Positions 1-14,221 of a stretch of DNA of 64,000 nucleotides are shown piece after piece. A model generated the notes under the pieces. The model did not search any database. It saw only the letters and a list, made by a program, of their open reading frames with translations, and was not told the DNA's origin. The translations under genes were made by a program, and so were the position numbers. How positions within the stretch are numbered: the stretch's first letter is position 1; the number at the start of each line of letters is the position of its first letter. Source of the DNA: Amoebidium appalachense (taxonomy: Eukaryota > Protista > Ichthyosporea); assembly GCA_963693365.1 (NCBI GenBank), contig CAVNZM010000010.1, forward strand, positions 9,072,554 to 9,136,553, in the 5' to 3' direction.

Positions 1-434
1 AGCACGTGTATCTGTATGGTATGCAATCGTGGGGCACACATGTGCAGGTAGTGAGTTTTTGTGAATGGCTGGGTTGATGGGTGGGTGATGTGCAGGCGTG
101 TATGGATGAGAAATATGCAGACACCGTGTGTGTGTGCAACAGCCTAATGCGTGGTGACAAAAGATCTTGGGCAGCCTACGTGTTGCCTCTCTGTGTCTCA
201 CTCACTTGCCATTCATGGCATCCCGCCTCTTTCTCTCTTTCTCGTTCTCTATCACACACTCTTTCCTCCCCTCCCCTTCCCCCTTCCCCCCCCCCCCCCC
301 CCCCCCCCCTTCCCTCCCAAACCACCACCCGGTCCTCTCCCAGATTCCTGCTGCTTCCAAAGCCTCCGTCCCCCCCGGAACCCTCCTCGCCCTCCTCCCC
401 TCTCCCCCCCCCCCTCCCTCCCCCCTGCGCTCCC

Positions 435-487
<53 letters not shown>

Positions 488-626
488 CATTCTCTCGTGC
501 TGCCGGCCCGTCAGCCATCCCCTCCTCCCCCTCCTCCCCGCCCCCTCCCCCCTCCCCCCTCCACCCCCCCCCCCCACCACCACCACCACCAGCCCTCAAT
601 ATGACTTGTGTGCCAGCACCACCTAC

Positions 627-1100
627 GTTGTTCATAAAGGGTGTAGAGAACTCATTGACCAACATGCACGCCGCCGCCATGCCAAAGCGAGTGTGGGTGA
701 CGGGAGACACCCCACTGATGCATATGCCCAGCACCATAACGTGGTGGATAATCATGGGCAGGGCAGATAAAATCCCCCCCTCGTTGAATTTCAGCGTGAA
801 GTACGAATCCACAAACGTGTAGCCCATGAATATGCACGTGGTCTGGGCCACCAGCGGGGTCCAAGTTTCGACGATGTCGGCCCGCAGAGAAGGATCGAGA
901 AGGGCAACGAAGGCCATGGGTGCCACGATGCATGCGTGCACAGAAGACATGACCCTGAACAGATACGGGGTATGAGAGGCGGTTTTGAGGGGTGGAGTCT
1001 ATGCTTGTGTTTGCGGAATGCTTTCTCTTCCTACCAATTAGGCAGGCTCAAAAAAAAAAAAAAACATGTGTTGGGGAAGGCAGGGAGAGGGCGTGTGTGT

Positions 1101-1131
<31 letters not shown>

Positions 1132-1757
1132 GGGGGGGGGGGGAGGGTACTGCGTGAGACAAATCGACACGGCATTTCGCCTTTGTGCAACATCTAGCTG
1201 TCAAAGCCCTGTCACACCTCACACACCTCTAGCTCCCGTCCCCCTCCCCTGCCCCTCCCCCCCCCTCCCCCACCCACCGTCCCTCCCCACCCACACCCGC
1301 GCACGCACCTGTTTGCCCATAGCCACTTTGCACGTGGAGACAGCTCAGCATATGCCGGGTGTATGTGGGCGGAGAAGCGGTGGGCCACCAGCAGCACGGT
1401 CACAAACACAGCCCCCCACAGGTAGATCTGCGGCAGGTAGGTGGACAGTGTCCCGAAATAAAGCCCTCCGTCTCTGCACACACACGGTCAGTACACAGCC
1501 GCAAAAAATAAAGGAACTCCATAGCAAGTGCCTAATTGGGCTCACAAACACGCAAAGCTTTGTTTTGTGTGCTGGCATCTCCGGATTGATGTCAACATCC
1601 AAATCAATCAACTGCAGGCACGGGCCGGCACGCACCTGGCCACATAGCAGAGAAATCCTGCGCACAGCAGCAAGTAGAAGTTGGCTGCGGCGTCCCACGA
1701 GGGAGGCCACAGCGTGGCCGTAAACGTCACATCGACCCCGTCCTGTGGTTTGCCCAT
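627..1757 (-). CDS. TLC (TRAM/LAG1/CLN8) domain membrane protein, TMEM56/TLCD-like; 5' part only, gene continues past the left edge
   Basis: Exons 1757-1636, 1473-1309 and 954-627 are joined by phase-consistent GT-AG introns. The product is hydrophobic and carries TLC motifs (WANRVMSSVHA, MIIHH, NEFSTPFMN). A GTAGGT donor follows position 627 and no further exon was recognised. Confidence 0.8.
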
Positions 1758-2040
1758 GGTGCTGCTGTGACTGATGGTGTGAGAGGTGTACGGGTGTGCG
1801 CGTGTGTGATCGTTCTTCTGCACCAGAGAAGGTTTGTATGTTGGTTGTCTATTGCATAAAAAAAACCCACACCATGCACCAATATGCAACCTCAAAGACT
1901 ATATCGTCAGCGCTTTCTCGAACCCAACATTGACAGGTTTTCGCGTTTCTGTGTGGGTGTCGCTCAAACTGACATGGTTATGAAAGGAAGGTGACACTTT
2001 TTCGACCCAATAAAAAAGGCATTTTTTTGCTCTTTGTTTA

Positions 2041-2054
2041 GTGTGACGTCACAC
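2041..2054. promoter_or_regulatory. CRE/ATF-like palindrome GTGTGACGTCACAC upstream of the TLC gene, with CCAAT boxes nearby
   Basis: Perfect 14-bp palindrome about 285 bp from the ATG at 1757. CCAAT/ATTGG motifs lie at about 2084-2128. Confidence 0.45.
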
Positions 2055-3495
2055 CTATGCATGTGTTGGGTTCATGGCTGCCCATTGGCTGAACGCAGCC
2101 AATGGATAAACCCTGCGCTATGATTGGTGGCTATTTCGATGTCGTATTCTGAACTTGAAGTTGATTGGTGCTCGGGACGGCTTGGCGCGAAACCACTCCG
2201 GCACGGGAGTCGGCTTGCAACTTTTGCAACTTGAACCAAAAAAAAAAAAAGATGGAAAACAAAAAAAAACCAACCTCCATCGCGCACACACCACTGTAAT
2301 ATGAACAGAGTGCCTCACGCGCACCTATGCATATGCACATTGGCACTGTCATACCGTGACACAGTGCACACATACAAAGCCAGCGACAGACACACACACA
2401 GCAGCAGCAGGTCAAACATGTTTGTGATGCGCTGGTTGCACGGGCATCGTGACAAAACAAAAAGCACGCTCATTGACAAGCTAGGTAGTGTGCGCACACG
2501 CCAGATCTATTCCCCCCCCCCCCCCCCCCCCCCACCACCACCACCACCACCACCCATCCACCCACCCACCCACCCCCCCTCGGTCCACGTCACACGCACA
2601 TCATCACGTACACATGCAATCAACGTGTAAACCCGCACATTTAGAAACGCACATGCAAGCAAACACACGCACACACACGCACGTACAAAGTCACACATGC
2701 ACCCACGCACGAGCCGCCACGCACACACGCACGTACGTACACACACACACGCACGCACGCACACACGCACGCACAAACACGCACAAGTACACGCACACAC
2801 ACACGCACACCCACACCCACACGCACACCACACGCACACACACACGCACACACCACATGTCACACACACACCGTCGCACATGCAGATTCGAGTAACTAAA
2901 AACTCATGTCGCGCACACGCAGGCACGGCGTCGCCCATACATACACATGTGCACGCACGCACATGCACACACGCGCATGCACGCATGCATACGTGCACTC
3001 GCGCACGCACGCACGCACGCACACATGTGTGCATGCACACAACCACGCACACAACCCCACGCACACGCACATCGTGGCAACTTTAATCTTAGCCACCATG
3101 CGGCCACGGTTGCCCATGGTTGCATCCCCCCTGAAACGTTGTGTACTGTGCCATGTGCACCCACCGTGTGTTCCGTAGTTCAGCTCCAAATTCGCTATGA
3201 CGTCTACCGTGTCTAGACACGACGTGTACGTACAGCGCTAGCCGGATGGCAATGAGTCGTTAGAAAAAGTCTAGGTATGAATACAGTCATAGCAAATTGC
3301 GGCCTTTCGTCCAGTTTGTCTTAACTAAATCCATGAGGTGTGGCGCACGGTAGAATATTTCTGTGACAAACCACTTGCTTGCCACTGTGGCCTATTGCAG
3401 GATGGTGCGTGGTGTCAAACAGAACTCTGCCTGCCTGGGCTTTCTTGAATTTGAAACGAGGACTGGGAGTTAGTATATTTTTTTGAGATATGCCG

Positions 3496-3534
<39 letters not shown>

Positions 3535-4064
3535 ACCAATAAATCCGTTGAATCACCTCCACCCACAAGGGGACCCGCCGATCAATGACTTTGCGGTAGC
3601 AAGTTACGGCCGCACATCTGCAGCCTGCTACCACAGACGAATAATATTGATCTGTATTTCTGTATTGGTGAATATCAACTTGAAGACACGGCCCTCTCCA
3701 TATCCATTCTTATCTCAATTTTGATTTTACCGGACCCCCCTAGCCTTTGAACTCTTGAAATTTAGCACAAGCCCTTTTCGTCTGCTTTTAAATGTTTAGG
3801 GGGTTTACGCACAATTGTAGCCCGATAGTTCTGCCATGTCTGTTTAACGGGCTTAGTCAAGAAACATGGGGCTGGTACCCACCATATAAATCTCCTGGGG
3901 CCCGTACCCACCAAAAGGCAGCAGTGCTGAATATGACCCTAATATCAGATTAAATGAAACCAATTTCAGAATATCTGGCGCCCCCCCTTCCCCCCCCCCC
4001 CCCCCTTCCTCCCTCCTCTCCCCCCCTCCCCCCCCCCCCCCCCCCCCGGGTCCCTTTCCACACA

Positions 4065-4122
<58 letters not shown>

Positions 4123-4254
4123 GGAAAAAAAAAAAAAAAATTTCAAAAAAATCACCGAGGGCTCGTGTGAGTCTCCCGTCTCTACGCCCCTCGGAACCTC
4201 CTACCCTGGGCACAATTACTTTCTATGCCCACTCACACGACTATGCATCAGTGT

Positions 4255-4285
<31 letters not shown>

Positions 4286-5701
4286 CCGCCCCCTCTCCAC
4301 TCCCCCCTTGCTCCGGCTTTTCATTCCCCACGACATCCCTCTCCTTTGAACTGCCCCTGGCCCAGAGGGGGTGGGGGGTGGGGTGGGGTGGTGGGGGGGG
4401 GGGGGGGAAGAGACCCACCACCCCACTGCGGAAATGGGCTTCCACGGGGGGGAGGGGGGGGGAGGGGGGGGGGGGGGGGGGGGGGAGGGGACCCACCACC
4501 CCCTCGAGAAGATCCCCCCTCCCCCCCTTTCCCCTCCCCCAACCCCCTCCCTCCCCCACAAAAAAAAATACTCAAAAGGGGGTGGTGGACACGAGTACAG
4601 ATGGAACCATTCTCCTAAATAGTCATGCAGGCAAGCACCATGCATAAAGTTAAACATATACGCCCCAGCTCAGATGATCATGCACAAACCTTTGTCGAAA
4701 GGGGCAACCATGCACTGTCCCCTCCTCTGCCTCCACCACCACCAGTGCCTTAACCACATTTCCCTCAAACCCCTCCCCCCATCTCCCCCCTCCCCTCCCC
4801 TTCCCCCCCCTTTCCCATACACACACATCCACCGACACACACTCACTCAACCGGATGTCCCTTGCCACCAACCCCGTCGACATCCCAACATGACATGTTT
4901 GCACTGGGAAAATGTCCAGAAGAATGTTCGGTTGGTGGGAGAGCAAACAGTGAAGCAGTTGGTGTAGAGATTAAGAATGGCATTTCCCGGCCAGCCCCCC
5001 CCCCCCCCCTCCCCCCCCCCCCCCCCCCCCTCCCCCCCGCCTCTCCCCTCTCCACGGCACCCACCCACCCACCCATCCGCAACCATCACAACCCCAACGC
5101 CAACCCGTGGGCCAGCCCCACACATCCACCCCTCCCCCTCCTCCCCCCCCTCCCCACCCCCCCCACCCTCCCCCCTCCCACACACACGTGTACACGCACA
5201 CACATCCCTCAGCACACACACACACGTATCCACCCACCAGCACGGTACCCACCTCGTGCACCATGCAGGCGGATGGTTCTGGTGGGATTATGATGGGTAC
5301 TACGGAGGCCAGGGAAGGGGGAGGATGGATAGGTTTGGGGGGGGGGGGGGGGGGGGGGGCATGCGTAGGGACCGTACTGACCATCTTTAACCATGCAAAT
5401 ATCGCATTACCAAAATAAGCAAATTGCTGTGCTCCCTGCCATCACACAGCAAAATAAGCAGCCAGTTATATTTGCCTTTTAAAATGTGATTACCTTCTTG
5501 GTGACGGTCATGATTAGATTTGGCGACACGAATGTGAGCACAAATTCCTCAAATATCCTAACCTTGCTCAAACCCTCCCCCCCCCCCCCTCCCCCCTCCC
5601 CCCATGTCCACGTCCCCCCGTCACTCCCGTGTATACATCAGTCTTTCCCTAACCCCTATATCATCACCCACCTGTCACCACTCCTCAATTCCACTCCCCC
5701 T

Positions 5702-5736
<35 letters not shown>

Positions 5737-5764
5737 CCCCCCCCCCCTCCCTCCCTCCCTTTTT

Positions 5765-6330
5765 CGGGTCTTAACAGGCTGTCACTTTTGTACCCTTGCT
5801 GCTCTCCTCCTCCCTAAATTCACACCCCCTGATTACCGCCCGCTTAAAATTTAGTCTTTCCCTACCTCTTGTATCATTCCCCACCCGTCCCCACTCCTCA
5901 ATTAAAGTCCTCCCTATTCCCACCCCCCTCCCCCCACCCCCAGCCCTTAACAGACTGCCACTTTACGTGCCCCCCCATCTCTCCCCCCCCCCTCCCCCCT
6001 CCCCCCTCCCCCACCCCCCCACCACACACACACACACATCTCCCCCCCTTTAATCCACCCCCATCACTCGCGGCCCCCCCATTACCCCCCTTGTAGGAAT
6101 TGGTTTTTTTCCAAAATCCCCGGCCGTCTCCACCCCTATCATTCCCACTTATTCTTAAATCACTCCCCCCCCTCCCTCCCCTCCCTCCCCCCCCCCCCTC
6201 CCCCCCCCCCCCCGTGCCTTAACAGACTGCCTCTCTCACGCCTTGCCCCATCCCCTCCCGACTTAACTCACGTCCGCCCATCACCCCCTGTGCAGATATT
6301 AGTCTTTCCCTACCTTCTGTATCATTCCAC
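5765..6330. repeat. Local degenerate repeat (CTTAACAGRCTG and TTAGTCTTTCCCTACCT-TGTATCATTCC blocks)
   Basis: Related blocks recur at about 5770, 5850, 5945, 6218 and 6299. Confidence 0.5.
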
Positions 6331-7026
6331 CCCTCTCGCCACTCCTTACTTTCCTTCTTCCTAATTCTGAGGCTCCCCCTCCCCCCTCCCCCCCCCCCCC
6401 CTCCCCCCTTCACACCCTCCCCCCCCCCCCAAACACACACCCTCCCCCCCTCCTCCCGCCCCTACAGATGCGCGCTTGGGTGCCTCCCCCCATCCCCCAC
6501 CCCTTCCCCCCAAACCACCTGTACCTCCCCACCCGCCCCTCTCCCTTGTTCTATTCCCCTTCCTTGATGCAGTCCTTTCCGCCCTCGCCCATGTCCAAAA
6601 ATACCAGACACCTCCTCCTTCCCCTCCCCCCCCCCCACCCACCCACTCCTCCACCCAACGGCCTCCCCCATTCCGGGCTCCAAGTAGGAAGTAGTGCCTA
6701 CTTTGCTCATGCGGTGGGGCGGAGTGGTGGTTGTGGTGGTGGTCGTGGGGGGGGGGAGGGGGTTTATATTTTCTTTTCAAGGTTTCCCGGGGGAAGGTGG
6801 GGGGGGGGGGGAGGGGGGGGAGGGGGGGGGGGGGGGTGGGGGAGGGGAGGGGGTTGAGGGGGAGGGCGGGGACGGGTAATGCCCGGGAGTAGAGTTGGAG
6901 GAAGGTAGATGAAGGGGCAGTGGGGAGGGGGGAGGTGATGAAGGATTTGATTGTGCATGTGTGGCTGTGCGTGTGTGTGTGTGCAGGCATGTTGGGCCTG
7001 TGTGTCTGCGCATCTTTGGAAGGATG

Positions 7027-7072
<46 letters not shown>

Positions 7073-7817
7073 CAGTGAGAGGTATCGTGCTGGTGGTGAT
7101 GGTACTGGAGTGTGGCGAAGGGGGGGCCGGGGGAGGGGGGGGGGGTATGGCTAAAAACGGCAAAAAAAGGGTTGTGTGTGCAGGTGGGGTAGTGGTGGTA
7201 GTGGTGGTGTGTGTGTGTGTGTTTGGGGGGGGGGGGGGGGGGGGATGAAAAAAGAGAAATCTTTGACAAGCTGTTAAATTTACTGATCTTATTTTTCGTT
7301 GTGCAATCGGTGGTGGTGGTGGTGGTGGTGTGTGTGTGTGGTGGTGGGGGGGGGGGGGGGGGGGGGGGGGAGGGGGGGGGGGGGGGGGGGGAGGGGGGAT
7401 GACAAAAGTGGTGTGTGTGTGTTGGGGGGGGGGAGGGGGGAGGGGGGAAGAAAGGGGGGGGGAGGGGCGGGGGGAGGGAGGGAATGGCAAAAGCGAGAAT
7501 ATTGACAAGCAGTAAAATTTATTGATGTTATTTTTCGTTGTGAAATCTGCATATGCTGTCGTTACTATGTAGTTCTCGAGCCTATTACGTGTGTCAAGTG
7601 AATCACAACAAGACAATATACATGCTGGTCTACCGGTGGTGTGGCCGGGGTGTATGTTGCCCTAGCCATTCGTTCGTCATGCATTTCTATTCGCAATCTA
7701 CATACACTTTACACTCGTAGTTCCGAGGTGAGGTGTCCTAAAAAGTTAAAAAAAATTCGCGTCTACTCTTAAAAAAAAAAAAAAGCAAAAGAGTCTAATC
7801 GTTCACAGGGTGTGCAG

Positions 7818-10800
7818 TTACAAGTTAAGGGCTGCAACTAGGGCTGCCACAGCCACGGCCAGGAAGTTAGCAGAGAGCAGGGGGGCAGCAGAGGGCTTGC
7901 TGCTGCCAACACTGTCGCTAGCGGCCTTGGTTACGGAGTCTGGGGGGAGATAGAGGGTGAGCATGTGGGTATAGGGTGTGCGGCACAACTAGAGGGAGGG
8001 AGTCTATGGGCGTGTGTGTACATGTATGTGTGTGTGTGTGTGTGTTTGGGAGGTGGGGTGGGGGGGGGGGGGGGGGGGGAGGGGGGGGGGGGGGGGGGGG
8101 GGGCAAGGGGATGTGATGTTGAGGCATCGAGGGAAGCGAAAGGCTACTTTGGGGCAAAGTGTGTGCGTGCGCCGGGGAGGGGGGGGGGGGGGGGGAGGGG
8201 GAGGGGGCAAAGAGGAAAAAACTTGAAGTATTTTGGATTGGGGGGGTGCTTCTGTTGGTTTGGGGTGGGGGGAGGGGGGAGGGGGAGGGGGAGAGGAGGG
8301 GTAAATTGAGGGAAGGGGAGGGGGGGGTGGGGGGAGGGGGGGGTAAGGGCTACATACCAACACGGCCGGTGCGGTCTCCAGCCATGGCACGGACATAGAC
8401 CTTGTCAGCATTTGCAGGCAGGGTGGCGTTGTTGCCGTTCACCGCAGTGAAGTTCTTGCCGTCCACAGACATGTGCACGGGCAGGCCGGCCAGCTCCGTG
8501 TTGACCAGCACCAGACCATCCTTGATCATGGCCCCGGGCACGCTGATGCGGTAGGCCACCTTGGCCTTGTCCAGCTTGGCCAGCTCCCTCTGGCCCAGCA
8601 CGTTGGAGAACACCACCCAGTCCTTGTGCAGCGCCGCCTTGTCCGTGTAGCTGCTGCTGCTGGCGTTGAACACACGGCCAGGCGTGTAGTCCAGCTCCCA
8701 GGCGGCCTTGTGCCAGGCGCGCTCGGCCAGGGCCAGCAGTCGGGGATAGAGCATGTAGTCCATCTGCTCGTCCGTGCGCACGGTCTCGCAGAACAGCTGG
8801 CCCTGCATGCCCAGGATCAGATCGTCCATGGTCGTGTTGGTCGGCAGCTCCGTGGTGTTGGCCTGGAACACATTTCCATCACGGTCCAATGAGAGCTCGG
8901 CATTCTGGGGCAGGTTCTGGGGCACAAAGTTGAACAGGCGGCGCACGGTCTGGTGGCGGCCGGCCCAATAGTAGCCACGCTCGGCAGGGTTGTTCTCCTG
9001 GGGGAAGTCGAAGTACAGGTAGTCGGGGTTGGACAGGATGATCTTGTAGCCCCGGGGCTCGTAGGATGTGAAGCTCTCAGCACCACCCCAGAACAGGGTG
9101 TCCCAGAAGTTGAGGGTGGCGTTGGGGGTGGCCAGGGCGCTGGCGTTGATGCGCTTCATGCCGTCCTGCCAGGCCAAAAAGTGCGACACATTGTTGGCCT
9201 GCAGCAGCTTGCTCACCTCCACGGCCAGGTTACCAATCAGGTCGGGGATGGTGATGTTCTTGTCGGCAATGAACTTTTGGCATATGGGCGAGTTGACGTA
9301 CGGGTCGGTCTGGTTGGTCAAATCCACCCAGCCCTTGTCGGTCTTGTTCTCGGCCGGTAGGCTGGCATTGACGTAGCCGCCGCCCAGCAGGATGTTGTGG
9401 GCCTCGTCGCCGCCAAAGTGCCAGCGCTGCAGGGGCTGGCCGGCCTCCTTGTGCATGGCCACGACCTCGCTGACCACCTTGCCCACAAAGTTGAGGGTGC
9501 TGGGCATGCAGGGGTTGAGCTGCGAGTGGCGGTCGTAGAACTGCACGGTCAGCAGGTTGCTGGTGTCCTCGGGGTCCAGCAGCCGGAACTCGCTGGCGCC
9601 CTTCTCGTCGCCGGCCGCAGACAGCTTCTTGTAGCGGGCCTCCATGGACATGACGGCAGCGCGGGAGTGGCCCGGCATGTCGAACTCGGGGTAGACCTCG
9701 ATGCCGCGGGCCGCAGCGTACTTGACTATGTCCATGTAGTTCTGCTTCGTTAAGAAGCCGCTGCCCTGGTTGTTGCTGGTGGAGCCCGAGCCCAACTGGG
9801 GCAGCAGGCACTTGGTCTCGGTGGGGTCGTGGCAGCGCTTGCCCCCCACCTCAGTCAGCTCGGGCAGGCCGGGGATCTCCAGGCGCCAGCCCTCGTCGTC
9901 GGACAGGTGGAAGTGGAACTTGTTGAGCTTGTAGGCGGCCATCTGGTCCAGCATGCGCAGCACGGCGTCCTGCTTGTGGAAGTTGCGCGCCACATCCAGC
10001 ATCATGCCTCGGTTGGGGAAGCGCGGCGCATCGACCACCTCGACCGTGGCAATGTCGTTCTTGCCCACCGTCACCAGCGACGCCAGAGACTGCAGACCGT
10101 AGAACGCGCCGTTCTCGTCGCAGCCCTGCACCGTGGCCCCCGATGCAGTAACATTAAGGGTGTAGCCCTCGGGCTTGGCAGCCTGTGCGGGCAGGGTGGC
10201 GCAGTCGACCTTCACATTCACCTTGTAGCTGCCACCGGTCTTGACGCCGATGGACTCAAAGCGCTGCTTGGCCGCATCCACCATGTCCTGCTTCATGCCC
10301 GTAGCATCGATGGTGATGCCTCCGGCAAGGCTGGCCGTGCCGTTTGTTGCCTTGGTACTGAGGGGGGTGGGGATGATCATGGTGGCAAACTCCTCGGGCT
10401 TAAGCACCTGCGTGTCCTTGTTCTCCTGGTACCGGTTGGTGGTGTTGGCCATGGGCAGTGGCGCAGTCTTGGTGCGGCGGTTGTCGAGAATGGGCAGGGC
10501 GTACTTTGTGGTGTCGCTGTCAAAGTCCGTGTTGGGCACCACGGCCGTCTTGTTGTCCTCGGCATAGACCCACCAGCGCGGCATGAAGTCTGTGTTGAAC
10601 AGCTTCCAGTACTCGTAGACAAAGGGAATGCTCATGTTAGAGCCGTCCTTCATGCCTGTGAAGTTGGCCGTGGGGCTGATTTTGTGCAGGTCACCTGTGA
10701 TGTGCTCGATCTTCAGCTCGGTGCTGTTGAACTGCAGCACACGGCGGATGGAGTGCATGTAGATGGACCAGTTCTTGCTGTTTGCATCCACAGGCGTGCC

Positions 10801-11001
10801 CTTGTACGTGAGGTTCATTTGCCCCACACCGCACAACGCCCATTCCGCTCCCAGCTCGCCACACTTGACGTCCTCGGGGAAGTTGGTGACCACCCCCACC
10901 ATCACCGTCATGCCGTTGGCTAGGGAGTCAGCAACGCTGGTGGCGGGCGCCGCGGAGGCGACCGCTGCTAAGGCGGATACCGCTGCTACTGTTGCCTTCA
11001 T
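7818..11001 (-). CDS. GH20 beta-N-acetylhexosaminidase (chitobiase), bacterial Chb-type architecture, secreted and probably GPI-anchored; 921 aa
   Basis: Exon 1 (11001-8358) encodes a signal peptide (MKATVAAVSALAAVASA), a CHB_HEX-like N-domain (CGELGAEWALC, IEHITGDLHKISPT), RGMMLDVARNF, HLSDDEGWRLEI, PEFDMPGH and the catalytic WHFGGDEA. A phase-1 intron 8357-7940 (GTATGT...CCCCCCAG) leads to exon 2 (7939-7818): DSVTKAASDSVGSSKPSAAPLLSANFLAVAVAALVAALNL*. Confidence 0.93.
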
Positions 11002-13784
11002 CTTTTGTTTTCATACAATAGTACTCTGAGGCATCTAAGCCTAGCAAGCAAGAGTATATACACTCAGCAATCGTTAATGGTCCAATCAAAATGGGGTATT
11101 TGGAAGGAGGCATTGAATGTTGAAACTACCCGATTCCCGATTGGGTGGGAAAGGCCCGCCTTCTAGATGCCGCGGGGTTGTGCACTACATGTATGGTAAT
11201 TGAAAGGAGATAGAAGGATTTTTCTACAAATTTTCTATGCTATTGAGGAAATATAAAGGTTTATATGAAATAAAAACATCAAATAATACGGGTTTTCATA
11301 GCTGTTTGTAACAATTTTGTGTGCCACGAACACTCACTTGTGGGTGCCGACCCCTAATTAATTGATGAAACGATTACACACTTCATGATTCGCCTACAAT
11401 CATGTCTTTGTAAGTCTGTTTATTTCCTACCTATCAAAATCCCCATAAAATAGCAGACAAGGTTCATGCGTGACTTATAGCTTTTTCCATTGGTTTCCGT
11501 ATGGTTATCGAAACAGCTAACTCGATACGATTGATGCGGAGATGATCCGAAACAGCTAAAACTTGCATAGGCCTGACCAAGAAACTATAGACGGCTCTAT
11601 TACATGCAGGGAGTAGGAAAATATATTTTTAATCCCTCTTTCAATTTCTGTGAACTGGTCACGCCACGTCCTCGCCCTTTGCAATGCTTGCATGCCACGG
11701 TCGCGCACCTTTGTGCACTGATCTTCCTACACTCCGTTTATGGCAAACAGTTCCAATTTTCCAGTTTCAGGAAATAGCAGTGTGCAATAATCAATCGATT
11801 CAGGTGTATTTTCATCCTCGGGCAAAACAACTTCTTTAACAGTTATCATAATTCTTTTTTAAATAAAACTAATTTTGTAAAGTGTTATGGTCTACCGAGG
11901 ATAGACATTGCAATGGGGAATTTGCCTTGATCACCATCATTACATTGCTTGGATGGTCCCAAATTATCGGGGGTAACCAGTTCCACCAAAAACAGTGGCT
12001 CTTGGGGGATGCTTAATCCTCATGAACCAGCCAATCGGCATTGAAAAGCATTTCCGGAATGGCTTCTGGGGTCATTCCTCCCGGCCCCAGTTCGCATCCT
12101 GACGTCAACATGTTTGCAGCCACTCTCATGCCTCAGCCAATTCCTCCAACTTGCATTTAGGGACTACTAGATTGAAGAATCAAACCGACAGATGCGTTTT
12201 CCCCCCCACCTAAAAGCAAAAGGGACTCACTGAAGCAAACGTAGACAGGGACAGGGCAGGCGTTTCCGACCGCCGGGCTGCTGGCCTCAGCTATTGGCCG
12301 GGGAGCCAATGGATATGGCATCTTCCAGCGGCCAATGGGAAAAAGGAATCTTTGGTACAATCACGAAGACAGGCCTTTGATCAAGTCGGGTTTGAAGCAA
12401 TGTTTGCTATGCCAAGCGTGAGTGCTGTGATCCTCACAAGAAGGGAATATCAAGTCACTAAGCATTATTATGTACTGCACGGAAATTTATGACTAATCAC
12501 CAGAGCTTTTTCTGCTTCCACGATGAGGCATCATCGGAGTGCACCGGCAAAATTTCCCGCACGGCGTGGCCTTCCTACCGGAGAACACACCCTGGGTCAA
12601 ACCCTGCCGATGATCTCGTTGGAATGTCAACAGATCGACTCAGGCTGGACGTGCACAGTTGAAGGGAACCCAGGAAGAGAGAGGGGCCGGAGGGGAGGGG
12701 GAGGTAGGAGGGGGGGGGGGGGGGGGGGGGAGGTAGGAGGGGGGGGGGGGGGGGGGAGGGGGAGGGGGTAGATGATAGAGGAAGTGACTCAGATGATCAA
12801 CTACAAGCCGATCGGATGCTCGAATGGCAGATGCTTGTACGCGTTTATCTCGATGCGTTTGAAACACCGCGCGCAGGGCCATTGGTGTGCCGCTCTTGCC
12901 GGATCGAGTCCGAACGGTTTGTGTTTTCCAATGGCCACACAATGCATGATGTAGGGCCTATGAGCACTATAAGCCTTGCCACTTTCAGCCCGATTAATAT
13001 TAGTAGGCCTATCTTCTTATAGGGCGAGTGTGCGGCACATCATCTTCCTTATGCTTCTCTACCAGTGTTCTCCATGGCATGTGATCATACACCGCGCATT
13101 CAGACGTGCCGACAACCCGCCCACGTGGCAGATTTACCCGTCACTGTGTGCCGCGCTTTCAGCCGTTGCCATGACCATAAATTTTGGTCACTGCTGACGC
13201 ACCATAAACCCCCCGCAGTTGCTGCAAGCCTGGTGCCTAGGCCGCGAACATATATGGCAGCGTGTCGACGTCAGCTGCAATTGCAGTCAGGCAGAGCTCT
13301 CTCTGCCGATTATATCATATATTGGCATCCGGGTTTGAATCTTTCCTGTGGAAAACAAGGTAGAAGGACAGTAACCTCTTTCAAATTGGGGGCTTATATG
13401 CTTTTCACTGTCGCCCTTTTCTTTGCTCCCCCCCCCCCCCCCCCCCCCCCCTCTCCCCCCCCTTCCCGGAATCCAAAGCACGCACATACACACAGTGTCA
13501 CAGGCCCAGCATCACACACACACGCACACACACACACGCACACACACACACACACACATGCACACACGCACACACACAGCGTCACACAGCCATATGCATA
13601 CACAAACGCACACGCGCTGCGTGCATGAGCGCGCGCACGCACCCACCCACCCACACACACACATGCGCACAAACACTCACACACACACGGCGTCACACAC
13701 CCCCATACACAATCGCACATGTGCGGCGGTGCATGCATGCATGCGCGTGCGCGCGCGCACACACACACACACAGTCACGCACGT

Positions 13785-13856
<72 letters not shown>

Positions 13857-14184
13857 CCAAAAAAAGAAGAAAAAAAATGAAAATAAGAAACTGCAGCCCT
13901 ATCCTAAACTGGATAACATGAGATGCCATGTTGTGTATTCGATAGTGAGAAGTAACCACTACCTAATCATGGTGATATGATTGTTCAACAATGCCTGTGT
14001 ATATACGGTGATATGCTATGGCCCCTAACATATTAGCCCAACTTCATGTTAGTAGCGATACTGCCTGGTAACCGTCCCTTTAACTTATTATCATAGTGTA
14101 ACTGTCAGCTCACTACTATGCAGCCAACAGCATGCAGCATTCCACTCATAGCCTTAAAAAAACACAACACAGCTGCAACCCCCC

Positions 14185-14221
<37 letters not shown>

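Noticed and set aside
8473-10923. Long plus-strand ORFs overlapping the GH20 gene
   Set aside because: Antisense shadows caused by GC3-rich codon usage; the same applies to 41446-42366, 50035-50535 and 51490-52170.
7818-11001. Bacterial contamination as the source of the chitobiase
   Set aside because: The gene has a spliceosomal-type intron containing the host's C-run and (AC)n repeats, and is contiguous with eukaryotic sequence.
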